Origin: Massilia aerilata
GTDB lineage: Bacteria; Pseudomonadota; Gammaproteobacteria; Burkholderiales; Burkholderiaceae_D
Assembly: GCF_042656905.1 (NCBI RefSeq)
Contig: NZ_JBHSMZ010000004.1
Span: forward strand, 570,221 to 594,220
Length of the DNA: 24,000 nucleotides
Reading direction: 5' to 3'
The position numbers and the translations under genes were made by a program. Within the stretch, counting starts at the first letter, position 1; each line of letters opens with the position of its first letter. The notes under the pieces were generated by a model. The model ran no database searches. It was not told where the DNA came from and worked only from the letters and a program-made list of their open reading frames with translations. Positions 1 to 8,424 of the stretch are shown here, piece after piece.

Positions 1-120
1 GATGAATCTCCAAAGGGGTTCGGGAAAACTACTATGATACCAAAAGCGAATCGGTGGTTCGGGCACCGAATCGACCGGGAGTGTAGTCCTCCGATATTCC
101 ATCTGTCAATTCATATCATA

Positions 121-136
121 TGTCTTATATAAGACA
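121..136. promoter_or_regulatory. Perfect 16-bp palindrome TGTCTTATATAAGACA; candidate GntR/HutC-type operator, possibly overlapping a -10-like TATATA/TATAAG
   Basis: Read directly: tgtcttat/ataagaca is self-complementary. It lies in an AT-rich stretch about 40-60 bp upstream of the GntR-family gene start. The GT...AC dyad core fits the general GntR-family operator logic (GT-Nx-AC). Binding is untested. Confidence 0.4.
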
Positions 137-177
137 CATAATCTTTCCGGCTGCGCACTGGACGCAGAGGGGGATTT

Positions 178-1017
178 GTGAAAAAATCGCAGTCTATGAA
201 TCAGGTCCCGTCCAATCCGAACAGCAATGGCGCCGCAAACAACACCGCGGGCGGCGCCGGCAACGCTAGCACCGGGACAGGGGCCGCGCAGTCCAGCAGC
301 TCCCCCACATTCTCCCCGCTGTACCAGCAGATCAAGGCCCTGATCACCCAGAGCCTGCAGTCCGGCGAGTGGAAGCCCGGTGAACTCATCCCCAGCGAAG
401 TCGAGCTGGCCGGCCGCTACAAGGTCAGCCAGGGCACGGTGCGCAAGGCGATCGACGAGCTCGCGGCCGAGCACCTGGTGTTGCGGCGCCAGGGCAAGGG
501 CACCTTCGTGGCCAGCCACAACGAGGCGCGCGCCCACTTCCGCTTCCTGAAGCTGGTGCCCGACGAAGGCCTGCCCCATCCCCTGGATCACCAGTACCTG
601 GAGGTCAAGCGCATCCGTGCGGCGGCCGAGGTGGCGCGCCTGCTCGACCTGAAATCGGGCGACGCGGTTGTCTACATCAAGCGCACCATGTCCTTCGAAG
701 GTGCGCCGACGATCCTGGAAGAGCTGTGGCTGCCGGGGCAGCTGTTCAAGGGCCTGACGGCGGAACGCCTGGCGGAATACAAGGGGCCGATGTACGGCCT
801 GTTCGAATCGGAGTTCGGCACCCGCATGATCCGCGCGACGGAAAAGATCCGCGCGGTGGCGGCCGATGCCGGCGCGGCGGAATTGCTGAAAGTACCGGAA
901 GGCACGCCGCTGCTGTGCGCCGACCGGGTGTCGTTTACCTATGGGGACAAGGCAGTGGAATTGCGCCGCGGTTTGTATCTGACCGCCTCGCACCATTACC
1001 AAAATGAATTGTCCTGA
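178..1017 (+). CDS. GntR/HutC-family transcriptional regulator (winged HTH plus UTRA-like effector domain) with a low-complexity N-terminal extension
   Basis: The segment ...YQQIKALITQSLQSGEWKPGELIPSEVELAGRYKVSQGTVRKAIDELAAEHLVLRRQGKGTFV is a typical GntR wHTH, and the C-terminal half resembles the HutC-type UTRA domain. It sits immediately upstream of sdhC, as in many Burkholderiales. The start is ambiguous: GTG at 178 or ATG at 196. Confidence 0.85.
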   Translation: MKKSQSMNQVPSNPNSNGAANNTAGGAGNASTGTGAAQSSSSPTFSPLYQQIKALITQSLQSGEWKPGELIPSEVELAGRYKVSQGTVRKAIDELAAEHLVLRRQGKGTFVASHNEARAHFRFLKLVPDEGLPHPLDHQYLEVKRIRAAAEVARLLDLKSGDAVVYIKRTMSFEGAPTILEELWLPGQLFKGLTAERLAEYKGPMYGLFESEFGTRMIRATEKIRAVAADAGAAELLKVPEGTPLLCADRVSFTYGDKAVELRRGLYLTASHHYQNELS

Positions 1018-1200
1018 TAAATTTTTGTGCTGGCCCTATGCTGGTGCAGGAATCGCATTGAGCGAGTAAAATGGATTGGTTTTGGGAAAGCGTCAACGAA
1101 GCCCGGTCGACGTTCCCCCAGGTCCGAAAACGGATCTGAAGCAAGTCGCAAAATCGATGAATCTGGGTTGGATAACTAAGTATTTGAGGGAGGTGTTGCA

Positions 1201-1632
1201 ATGTCCGAAGCCGTGAGAGAGGCTCAAAAGAAGGGCCGACCGGTAATTCGTAACGTCGATTTTGGCGATATTACTTACCGTGGTTACTACAAACAGCCGC
1301 CATCGGCGATCGTGTCGATCCTGCACCGCGTGAGCGGCGCCGGCCTGTTCCTGTTCCTGCCGTTCCTGCTCTGGCTGCTCCAGGAAAGCCTGCGCTCGGA
1401 GATCTCGTACGCGCACTTCGCCGGTGTCGTCAGCCACCCGTTCGCCAAGATCATCATCCTCGGCCTGTCCTGGGCTTACCTGCACCACTTCTGCGCGGGC
1501 GTGCGCCACCTGTTCATGGACAACCACATGGCCCTGGACAAGGACGCTTCCCAGAAGACCGCACGCTGGGTGCTGGTCGTCAGCCTGGTCCTGACCCTGC
1601 TGGTTGCCCTCAAACTGTTCGGAGTGTTTTAA
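1201..1632 (+). CDS. sdhC: Succinate dehydrogenase cytochrome b556 subunit
   Basis: 143 aa with three hydrophobic helices and an SILHRVSG motif. First gene of the sdhCDAB order. A strong SD (GAGGGAGG) precedes the ATG. Confidence 0.9.
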   Translation: MSEAVREAQKKGRPVIRNVDFGDITYRGYYKQPPSAIVSILHRVSGAGLFLFLPFLLWLLQESLRSEISYAHFAGVVSHPFAKIIILGLSWAYLHHFCAGVRHLFMDNHMALDKDASQKTARWVLVVSLVLTLLVALKLFGVF

Positions 1633-1634
1633 TC

Positions 1635-2009
1635 ATGCAATCCCATACTAAAAAGAATATCGGGCAACGCCGCCTGGTCGTCGGCGCCCACTACGGCATG
1701 CGCGACTGGCTGGCCCAGCGCCTGACCGCGATCTTGATGGCGGTGTTCACCATCGTCCTGCTGGTCTCTTTCCTGACCGGCCAGAATTTCACCTACGAAG
1801 GCTGGGCCGGGCTGTTCGCGCGCCAGTGGTTCAAGCTCTTCACGATGGTGACCCTGTTCGGCCTGTTCTACCACGCCTGGGTCGGCATCCGTGACATCTG
1901 GATGGACTACGTCAAACCGGTCGGTATCCGCCTGACCCTGCAGACCCTCACGGTGTTCTGGCTGCTTGCCTGCGCCGCCTGGACTGTGCAAATTCTCTGG
2001 AGCGTTTAA
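1635..2009 (+). CDS. sdhD: Succinate dehydrogenase hydrophobic membrane anchor subunit
   Basis: 124 aa with three TM helices and ...FYHAWVGIRDIWMDY... typical of SdhD. There is a 2-nt gap after sdhC and a 2-nt gap before sdhA. Confidence 0.9.
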   Translation: MQSHTKKNIGQRRLVVGAHYGMRDWLAQRLTAILMAVFTIVLLVSFLTGQNFTYEGWAGLFARQWFKLFTMVTLFGLFYHAWVGIRDIWMDYVKPVGIRLTLQTLTVFWLLACAAWTVQILWSV

Positions 2010-2011
2010 TC

Positions 2012-3790
2012 GTGGCAGCATTCAATTCTTCCATTCCCACCCGCCACTTCGACGTGGTGATCGTCGGCGCCGGCGGCTCCGGCCTGCGCGCGGCACTGCA
2101 ACTGTCGGAAGCCGGCCTGAACGTCGCCGTGCTGTCGAAAGTCTTCCCGACCCGCTCGCACACCGTGGCGGCGCAGGGCGGCATCGGCGCTTCGCTGGGC
2201 AACATGAGCGAAGACGACTGGTACTGGCACATGTTCGACACCGTCAAGGGTTCGGACTACCTGGGCGACCAGGACGCGATCGAATTCATGTGCCGCGAAG
2301 CACCGAAGGTCGTGTACGAGCTCGAACACTTCGGCATGCCTTTCGACCGTAATCCGGACGGCACCATTTACCAGCGTCCGTTCGGCGGCCACACCGCCAA
2401 CTTCGGCGAGAAGCCGGTGCAGCGCGCCTGCGCCGCCGCCGACCGTACCGGCCACGCGCTGCTGCACACCCTGTACCAGCGCAACGTCCGTTCGCGCACC
2501 CACTTCTTCGTCGAATGGCAGGCGCTGGACCTGGTCCGCAATGCCGACGGCGACGTGCTCGGCGTGATGGCGCTGGAAATGGAAACCGGCGACGTCATGA
2601 TGCTGCAGGCGAAGACCACCGTGTTCGCCACCGGCGGCGCAGGCCGTATCTTCGCCGCGTCGACCAACGCCTTCATCAACACCGGCGACGGCCTGGGCAT
2701 GGCGGCACGCGCCGGCCTGCCGCTGGAAGACATGGAATTCTGGCAGTTCCACCCGACCGGCGTGGCCGGCGCGGGCGTGCTGATCACCGAGGGCGTGCGC
2801 GGCGAGGGCGGTATCCTGATCAACTCGAACGGCGAACGCTTCATGGAGCGCTATGCGCCGACCCTGAAGGACCTGGCGCCGCGCGACTTCGTCTCGCGCT
2901 CGATGGACCAGGAGATCAAGGAAGGCCGCGGCGTCGGCCCGAACAAGGACCACGTGCTGCTGGACCTGCGCCACATCGGCGCGGACACCATCCGCAAGCG
3001 CCTGCCGTCGATCCTGGAAATCGGCCACAAGTTCGCCAACGTCGATGCAACCAAGGAACCGATCCCGGTCGTGCCGACCATCCACTACCAGATGGGCGGC
3101 ATCCCGACCAACATCCACGGCCAGGTCATCGCCCCGGACGGCACCGGCGGCCAGAAGATCGTCAACGGCCTGTACGCCATCGGCGAGTGCTCCTGCGTCT
3201 CGGTCCACGGCGCCAACCGCCTGGGCACCAACTCGCTGCTCGACCTGGTGGTGTTCGGCCGCGCGGCCGGCAACCACATCGTCGGCCAGAACCTGAAGGC
3301 GCAAGGCAACCGCGCGCTGCCGAAGGACTTCGCCGACTACGCGCTGGGCCGCCTGAACGCCCTCGAGAACTCGACCGGCGGCGAGAAGGTCCAGAACGTG
3401 GCCAACGACATCCGCGCCACCATGCAGAAGTTCTGCGGCGTGTTCCGTACCCAGGCCCTGATGGACGAAGGCGTCAAGGAAATCATGAAGCTGGACGAGC
3501 GCCGCAAGCACGTCTCCTTCAAGGACAAGTCGAAGGTGTTCAACACCGCCCGTATCGAGGCGATCGAACTGGACAACCTGATCGAAGTGGCAAAGGCGAC
3601 CATCGTCTCGGCCGCGGCGCGCAAGGAATCGCGCGGCGCCCACGCCCACAGCGATTTCCCGAACCGCGACGACGAGACCTGGATGAAGCACACCCTGTAC
3701 TTCTCGGAAGGCAACCGCCTGGATTACAAGCCGGTCATCACCAAGCCGCTGACGGTCGATACCTTCAAACCGAAGCCACGTACTTTCTAA
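2012..3790 (+). CDS. sdhA: Succinate dehydrogenase flavoprotein subunit
   Basis: 592 aa. FAD dinucleotide fold VVIVGAGGSGLRAAL, covalent-FAD histidine context RSHTVAAQGGI, and HPTG, ITEGVRGEGG and RLGTNSLLDL motifs. GTG start. Confidence 0.97.
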   Translation: MAAFNSSIPTRHFDVVIVGAGGSGLRAALQLSEAGLNVAVLSKVFPTRSHTVAAQGGIGASLGNMSEDDWYWHMFDTVKGSDYLGDQDAIEFMCREAPKVVYELEHFGMPFDRNPDGTIYQRPFGGHTANFGEKPVQRACAAADRTGHALLHTLYQRNVRSRTHFFVEWQALDLVRNADGDVLGVMALEMETGDVMMLQAKTTVFATGGAGRIFAASTNAFINTGDGLGMAARAGLPLEDMEFWQFHPTGVAGAGVLITEGVRGEGGILINSNGERFMERYAPTLKDLAPRDFVSRSMDQEIKEGRGVGPNKDHVLLDLRHIGADTIRKRLPSILEIGHKFANVDATKEPIPVVPTIHYQMGGIPTNIHGQVIAPDGTGGQKIVNGLYAIGECSCVSVHGANRLGTNSLLDLVVFGRAAGNHIVGQNLKAQGNRALPKDFADYALGRLNALENSTGGEKVQNVANDIRATMQKFCGVFRTQALMDEGVKEIMKLDERRKHVSFKDKSKVFNTARIEAIELDNLIEVAKATIVSAAARKESRGAHAHSDFPNRDDETWMKHTLYFSEGNRLDYKPVITKPLTVDTFKPKPRTF

Positions 3791-3829
3791 GCTTCGCTTC
3801 CTAGCTTCGAAGACAACAGAACTTTAAAA

Positions 3830-3848
3830 GGACGGGCAGCGCCCGTCC
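3830..3848 (+). other. Stem-loop GGACGGGC-AGC-GCCCGTCC in the 76-nt sdhA-sdhB spacer
   Basis: The 8-bp GC-rich perfect stem was read directly. No U-tract follows, so it is not a classical terminator. It may be an mRNA stability or processing element. Confidence 0.4.
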
Positions 3849-3866
3849 CACCCGATAGGTAAAAAA

Positions 3867-4577
3867 ATGGCACGTACTGTCCAACTGAAGATCTACCGCT
3901 ACGATCCGGACAAGGATTCGAAGCCCTACATGCAAGACGTCACCGTCGAACTGAAAGACACCGACAAGATGCTGCTCGACGCCCTGCAGCGCATCAAGTC
4001 CGACGTCGACGACTCGCTGGCCCTGCGCCGCTCCTGCCGTGAAGGCGTGTGCGGTTCGGACGCGATGAACATCAACGGCAAGAACGGCCTGGCCTGCACC
4101 ACCAACCTGAACGAGCTGACCCAGCCGATCGTGCTGCGTCCTCTGCCGGGCTTGCCGGTGGTGCGCGACCTGATCGTCGACATGACCAACTTCTTCAAGC
4201 AGTACCACTCGATCAAGCCGTTCCTGATCAACGACTCGATCCCGCCGGAGAAGGAGCGTCTGCAGTCGCCGGAAGAGCGCGAAGAGCTGGACGGCGTGTA
4301 CGAGTGCATCCTGTGCGCCTGCTGCTCGACCTCCTGCCCGTCGTTCTGGTGGAACCCGGACAAGTTCGTCGGCCCGGCCGGCCTGCTGCAGGCCTACCGC
4401 TTCATCGCCGACTCGCGCGACGAAGCGACCAACGAGCGCCTGGACAACCTGGAAGACCCGTACCGCCTGTTCCGCTGCCACTCGATCATGAATTGCACGG
4501 ACGTGTGCCCGAAGGGCCTGAATCCGAACAAGGCGATCGGCAAGATCAAGGAATTGCTGGTACGCCGCGCGATCTAA
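3867..4577 (+). CDS. sdhB: Succinate dehydrogenase iron-sulfur subunit
   Basis: 236 aa with three Cys clusters: CREGVCGSDAMNING (2Fe-2S), CILCACCSTSCP (4Fe-4S) and CHSIMNCTDVCPK (3Fe-4S). Confidence 0.97.
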   Translation: MARTVQLKIYRYDPDKDSKPYMQDVTVELKDTDKMLLDALQRIKSDVDDSLALRRSCREGVCGSDAMNINGKNGLACTTNLNELTQPIVLRPLPGLPVVRDLIVDMTNFFKQYHSIKPFLINDSIPPEKERLQSPEEREELDGVYECILCACCSTSCPSFWWNPDKFVGPAGLLQAYRFIADSRDEATNERLDNLEDPYRLFRCHSIMNCTDVCPKGLNPNKAIGKIKELLVRRAI

Positions 4578-4661
4578 CGTCGCTGATAAATATAGTAAAA
4601 CTACCGTACTGCCGCGAAACGGCAGCCGGGGTATAGTGTTGACCGAACAACGGACTCTAGT

Positions 4662-4928
4662 GTGAAAACGCATCAATCCGATCCAGCCAACCGTGCACGC
4701 CTGCGCTGGCGCGCACGCCGGGGGCTGCTAGAAAACGACCTGATCCTCACGCGCTTCCTGGATGCGCACGAAGAGGAACTGACGGACGAGGAAGTCGATG
4801 CGCTGACCCGTTTGCTGGACCTGGCGGATAACCCGCTGATGGACCTGCTGCTGGGACGCACCGAGCCCGCGGGCGAGGTCGACCTGCCGCACGTGCGCGC
4901 CCTGGTGGCGCGGCTGCGGCAAGCGTGA
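4662..4928 (+). CDS. sdhE: FAD assembly factor SdhE (succinate dehydrogenase assembly factor 2, DUF339/YgfY family)
   Basis: 88 aa with an RGLLENDLIL segment carrying the RGxxE motif of SdhE. It lies between sdhB and gltA. GTG start. Confidence 0.8.
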   Translation: MKTHQSDPANRARLRWRARRGLLENDLILTRFLDAHEEELTDEEVDALTRLLDLADNPLMDLLLGRTEPAGEVDLPHVRALVARLRQA

Positions 4929-4951
4929 GCGAATCGACGCTTTTTTATTTT
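4921..4951 (+). terminator. Weak hairpin plus T-tract (AAGCGT-N10-ACGCTT-TTTTATTTT) overlapping the sdhE stop; possible attenuator before gltA
   Basis: Read directly. The stem is only 6 bp and is followed by a run of nine bases that are T except for one A. It is probably leaky. Confidence 0.35.
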
Positions 4952-4979
4952 GTACCCACCTCCCAAAGAAGGAAGTGCC

Positions 4980-6281
4980 ATGAATACCTCTGAAACCAAA
5001 GCCACCTTGTCGTTCTCCGACGGCAGCCCGTCGGTCGACATGCCGATCTACAAGGGCACCATCGGCCCGGACGTCATCGATATCCGCAAGCTGTACGGCC
5101 AGACCGGCAAGTTCACCTACGACCCGGGCTTCATGTCGACCGCTGCGTGCCAGTCCGCCATCACCTACATCGACGGTGACAAGGGCGAGCTGCTGTACCG
5201 CGGCTACCCGATCGAACAGCTGGCCGAGAACTGCGACTTCCTGGAATCCTGCTACCTGCTGCTGAACGGCGAACTGCCGAACGCCGAGCAGAAGGAGAAG
5301 TTCACCGACACCGTGACCAAGCACACGATGATCCACGAGCAGATGAACTTCTTCTTCCGTGGTTTCCGTCGCGACGCGCATCCGATGTCGGTGCTGGTGG
5401 GTACCGTCGGCGCGCTGGCCTCGTTCTACCACGACTCGCTGGACATCAACGATCCGGAGCAGCGCGAGATCTCGGCAATCCGCCTGATCGCCAAGCTGCC
5501 GACCCTGGTCGCGATGGCCTACAAGTACTCGATCGGCCAGCCGTTCATGTACCCGCGCAACGACCTGTCGTACAGCGCCAACTTCATGCACATGATGTTC
5601 GCCAACCCGTGCGAAGAGTACAAGGTCAACGACGTGCTGGTGCGCGCCCTGGACCGCATCCTGATCCTGCACGCGGACCACGAGCAGAACGCATCGACCT
5701 CGACCGTCCGCCTGGCCGGTTCGTCGGGCGCCAACCCGTTCGCCTGTATCGCAGCCGGCATCGCCTGCCTGTGGGGCCCGGCGCACGGCGGCGCCAACGA
5801 AGCCGCCCTGAACATGCTGAAGGAAATCGGCAGCGTCGAGAACATCCCGGCCTTCATCGAGAAGGTCAAGGACAAGAACTCGGGCGTCAAGCTGATGGGC
5901 TTCGGTCACCGCGTGTACAAGAACTTCGACCCGCGCGCCAAGCTGATGCGCGAAACCTGCCATGAAGTGCTGAACGAACTGGGCCTGCACGACGACCCGC
6001 TGTTCAAGCTGGCCATGGAACTGGAAAAGATCGCCCTGAACGACGAATACTTCGTGTCGCGCAAGCTGTACCCGAACGTCGACTTCTACTCGGGCATCGT
6101 GCAGTCGGCCCTGGGCATCCCGGTCTCGCTGTTCACCGGTATCTTCGCGATGGCCCGCACCATCGGCTGGATCGCCCAGTGGAACGAGATGATCGCCGAC
6201 CCGGAACAGAAGATCGGCCGTCCGCGCCAGCTGTTCGTCGGTTCGCCGCGCCGCGACGTGCCTTCGATCGACAAGCGTTAA
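4980..6281 (+). CDS. gltA: Type II citrate synthase
   Basis: Motifs [11 protein letters not shown] and [14 protein letters not shown], about 433 aa. I prefer the ATG at 4980, which is preceded by AAGGAAG, over the TTG at 4950 given in the ORF track. Confidence 0.95.
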   Translation: MNTSETKATLSFSDGSPSVDMPIYKGTIGPDVIDIRKLYGQTGKFTYDPGFMSTAACQSAITYIDGDKGELLYRGYPIEQLAENCDFLESCYLLLNGELPNAEQKEKFTDTVTKHTMIHEQMNFFFRGFRRDAHPMSVLVGTVGALASFYHDSLDINDPEQREISAIRLIAKLPTLVAMAYKYSIGQPFMYPRNDLSYSANFMHMMFANPCEEYKVNDVLVRALDRILILHADHEQNASTSTVRLAGSSGANPFACIAAGIACLWGPAHGGANEAALNMLKEIGSVENIPAFIEKVKDKNSGVKLMGFGHRVYKNFDPRAKLMRETCHEVLNELGLHDDPLFKLAMELEKIALNDEYFVSRKLYPNVDFYSGIVQSALGIPVSLFTGIFAMARTIGWIAQWNEMIADPEQKIGRPRQLFVGSPRRDVPSIDKR

Positions 6282-6295
6282 TTTGCGCTAGTCGG

Positions 6296-6331
6296 CAACA
6301 AAAAAGCGAGCCCAGGCTCGCTTTTTTGTTG
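6296..6331. terminator. Bidirectional rho-independent terminator between convergent gltA and the 6349-6696 gene
   Basis: CAACAAAAAAGCGAGC-CCAG-GCTCGCTTTTTTGTTG. A GC core stem is flanked by an A-tract and a T-tract, so it reads as hairpin plus U-run on both strands. Confidence 0.75.
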
Positions 6332-6348
6332 GCTGCGTCAAATAAAAA

Positions 6349-6696
6349 TTACTCGTCGAAATCTTCGGCCAGGTTCTTCCAGCCCTTGCTCTTGGCAAAG
6401 CTCGAAAACTCCTCCGGCGCCTCCAGCACGATCAGTTTGCTCTCCTGCAGGCCCGGGTCGCTGAGCCCGAAGTCCGGCCCCTTGTAGCCGACCGCGCGCA
6501 GGCGGTCGACGATCTGGCGCAGCAATACGCTATCCTTGTGCGTGCCCGGCTCCAGCTTCGCCTTGAATTCCACGTACACATCGATGATCCCGTAACCCTC
6601 GTCGAAGATGCGGATCGCCTTGACGTCGAGGGTACGGCCGGTTCCGTCCTTGGCCTGGAAGGGGCCGGACAGTTCAATATCAGTATCGGTAGTCAT
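6349..6696 (-). CDS. Hypothetical protein (115 aa, acidic C-terminus); no family recognised
   Basis: Clean ORF between two terminator-like hairpins, with codon usage like its neighbours. There is no obvious SD and no motif I recognise. Confidence 0.55.
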   Translation of the reverse strand: MTTDTDIELSGPFQAKDGTGRTLDVKAIRIFDEGYGIIDVYVEFKAKLEPGTHKDSVLLRQIVDRLRAVGYKGPDFGLSDPGLQESKLIVLEAPEEFSSFAKSKGWKNLAEDFDE

Positions 6697-6742
6697 GGTG
6701 GAAGCATACCACTGCGCACGCCCTCAGGCTTGCCGCTGGCGT

Positions 6743-6784
6743 TCCAGAAACGAAAACGGCTGCGGGATCGCTCCGGCAGCCGTT
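6743..6784 (-). terminator. Hairpin AACGGCTGC-N12-GCAGCCGTT followed on the minus strand by TTTCGTTTC; likely terminator after the DUF3297 gene
   Basis: The 9-bp perfect stem was read directly, and a T-rich tail lies downstream on the minus strand. Confidence 0.45.
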
Positions 6785-6809
6785 GTTCCAAAAAGATGTC
6801 AGTAGAGGA

Positions 6810-7061
6810 TCAGACAGCGTAGTAGGCCTCGACCGTGCCCTTCAGCTTGATCAGCATCGGACGGCCCTTGCGGTCGACAACCTTGCCGGCGGCAACCTTG
6901 ATCCAGCCTTCGCTGATGCAGTATTCCTCGACGTCGGTGCGTTCCTTGCCGTTGAAACGGATGCCGACCGGGTGCTTGAAGACTTCCGCGTCGTGATGCG
7001 GGCTGCGCGGGTCGATGGACAGGTGGTCGGGCAGGGGAGGGAGTTGGGTAGTATCGTTCAT
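6810..7061 (-). CDS. DUF3297-family small protein
   Basis: MNDTTQLPPLPDHLSIDPRSPHHDAEVFKHPVGIRFNGKERTDVEEYCISEGWIKVAAGK... matches my memory of the DUF3297 pattern (PDxLS..PRSP ... GIRF.G ... VEEYC.SEGW). I chose the internal ATG at 7061. The track start at 7148 would overlap the upstream gene. Confidence 0.65.
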   Translation of the reverse strand: MNDTTQLPPLPDHLSIDPRSPHHDAEVFKHPVGIRFNGKERTDVEEYCISEGWIKVAAGKVVDRKGRPMLIKLKGTVEAYYAV

Positions 7062-7086
7062 GCCGATATTATCCACGATTCGTCTT

Positions 7087-7479
7087 TCATTTGCACTTGC
7101 CGCGCACCACGGCCGCCGCCCAGAATGGCAGGGCGAACAGGCCGGCAACGCCGACGACGTAATCCTGTCCGCCGGCTTTCACGACCGTGGTCGGCGATTG
7201 GAATTTCATCGCATCCGGATGCAGGCAGCCCGGCTTTTCGGCTTCCGAAAATGCCCGCTCGAACTTCCGGTAAGCATCCCCGCTCAGCGCCTTGTCCGAA
7301 CGCAGCCTGGGACCGGCCGGCTGTTCGGCCAGTGTTTCGCGCACCGCCTTGCTGATCACCTCGTCGGTCAGGCGCAGGCTGAGCTTGCCCTCGGCCTTGC
7401 GTTCATCGGGCGCCTGCGCCATCGCCTGCCATCCCGCCAGGCACAGGCCCATCGCCGCCATCCAGGTCCACGCTCTCAT
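7087..7479 (-). CDS. Secreted hypothetical protein (signal peptide ...LAGWQAMAQA; hydrophobic C-terminal segment)
   Basis: 130 aa with an N-terminal signal-peptide-like sequence ending AMA-QA. It lies in tandem with the DUF3297 gene. Confidence 0.55.
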   Translation of the reverse strand: MRAWTWMAAMGLCLAGWQAMAQAPDERKAEGKLSLRLTDEVISKAVRETLAEQPAGPRLRSDKALSGDAYRKFERAFSEAEKPGCLHPDAMKFQSPTTVVKAGGQDYVVGVAGLFALPFWAAAVVRGKCK

Positions 7480-7620
7480 CGCCCACCCAAAAAAGTTGCT
7501 GGTGAGTCAACTCTACACCACTTATCGAACAATCACGGATCTTGCACAATTGGTTACATTTCCAACGTACAATGCATAACCGATGAACGACGAGGTTCCG
7601 ATGAAACCTTTCCTTGCCCT

Positions 7621-7830
7621 GAAGGCAGTGCTCCTGCCGGCGATCCCAGCCTTCGCCGCCGCCACCAAGCGGTCCCGGCCCACATGAAGATGGTGGCGCA
7701 AAGGCTGCAGCATGGCCGCCTGCCGATGTGCGAGAAGGGCAGCCACATGTCCATGTACGACGACCAACAAACCTGTTTCACCGCACTGATCAAATTCTTG
7801 CGCAACGGCGACGGAGGCCGATTCAAATGA
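7621..7830 (+). pseudogene. Possible 3' remnant of an alpha/beta-hydrolase gene (C-terminal ~50-70 codons only)
   Basis: The translation ...GDPS....AHMKMVAQRLQHGRLPMCEKGSHMSMYDDQQTCFTALIKFLRNG has the typical C-terminal layout of alpha/beta hydrolases (G.D..., then a catalytic-His segment xGHxxxxExP..F...I..FL). Its TGA overlaps the ATG of the next gene (ATGA at 7827-7830). No N-terminal hydrolase part is present upstream. Confidence 0.3.
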
Positions 7831-8333
7831 TGCACACCACCCTGAAATCCCTGTTCCTGGCCTGCTGCCTATGCCTCGCGAATCTTGCCCAAGCCGCCGG
7901 CGCCGATCCCGCCCTGGCGAAGCAGGTCAACGCCTTCGTCGATGCCTGGCACGACGATGCCGCCCACGCGCGCATGGCCTATTTCGACAAGATGGCGCCC
8001 GATGGGGTCTATATCGGCACCGACCGCAGCGAGCTTTGGCAGCGCGACGACTTCAAGGCCTGGGCCCGCAAGTACTTCGAAGGGAAAACGTCTGCCTGGT
8101 CGTTCAAGGCCACGCGCCGTAACGTGTATACTGCGGGCGATGGCAAGCTGATCTGGTTCGACGAGCTGCTCGACACGCCGAACATGGGCCACTGCATGGC
8201 CAGCGGCGTGATCCGCAAGACCGATAAGGGTTTCGAAATCCTGCACTACCAGCTGTCGATGGCGGTGCCGAACGAGATCGCAAAGCAGGTGACGGCGCTG
8301 GTGACGAAGGCCGAGGCCGCACCGGTCAAATAG
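7827..8333 (+). CDS. Secreted NTF2/SnoaL-like (DUF4440-like) family protein
   Basis: Signal peptide MMHTTLKSLFLACCLCLANLAQA, then ...VNAFVDAWHDDAAHARMAYFDKMAPDGVYIGTD..E.W, typical of the NTF2-like fold. The internal ATG at 7827 is preferred over the track start at 7728. Confidence 0.65.
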   Translation: MMHTTLKSLFLACCLCLANLAQAAGADPALAKQVNAFVDAWHDDAAHARMAYFDKMAPDGVYIGTDRSELWQRDDFKAWARKYFEGKTSAWSFKATRRNVYTAGDGKLIWFDELLDTPNMGHCMASGVIRKTDKGFEILHYQLSMAVPNEIAKQVTALVTKAEAAPVK

Positions 8334-8424
8334 AGATATTCAATATTTCTATTGCAACACCTGTCCTATATTCGCCACAGCGCATCATTCATTGCATGAC
8401 AGGCGCATGCGAACCGAATTAGAA

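Noticed and set aside
1-105. GGTTCGGG repeats (17-24, 55-62), the direct repeat CGAATCG (47-53, 68-74) and a TCGGTG/CACCGA hairpin suggested a tRNA fragment or a terminator.
   Set aside because: There is no cloverleaf, no GTTCGAATC T-loop and no acceptor stem, and the hairpin lacks a U-tract. It may belong to the 3' or 5' region of a gene outside the window and cannot be interpreted from here.
1156-1164. The 9-mer GATGAATCT is repeated at 1-9 and 1156-1164, flanking the gntR gene.
   Set aside because: A single 9-mer match in 24 kb, counting both strands, is expected by chance at an appreciable rate. There are no extended flanking similarity and no target-site-duplication features.
2006-3691. 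561-aa minus-strand ORF antisense to sdhA. The same applies to 106-1002 (antisense to gntR), 3801-4676 (antisense to sdhB) and 4728-5990 (antisense to gltA).
   Set aside because: Each lies opposite an unambiguous conserved gene. The products are Arg/Ala/Val/His-rich low-complexity sequences, typical of stop-codon-poor frames in high-GC DNA.
7015-7830. 271-aa plus-strand ORF considered as a real gene.
   Set aside because: Most of it runs antisense to the DUF3297 gene and the secreted-protein gene and has Arg/Pro-rich artefact composition. Only its last ~70 codons look protein-like, and these are reported separately as a possible hydrolase remnant.
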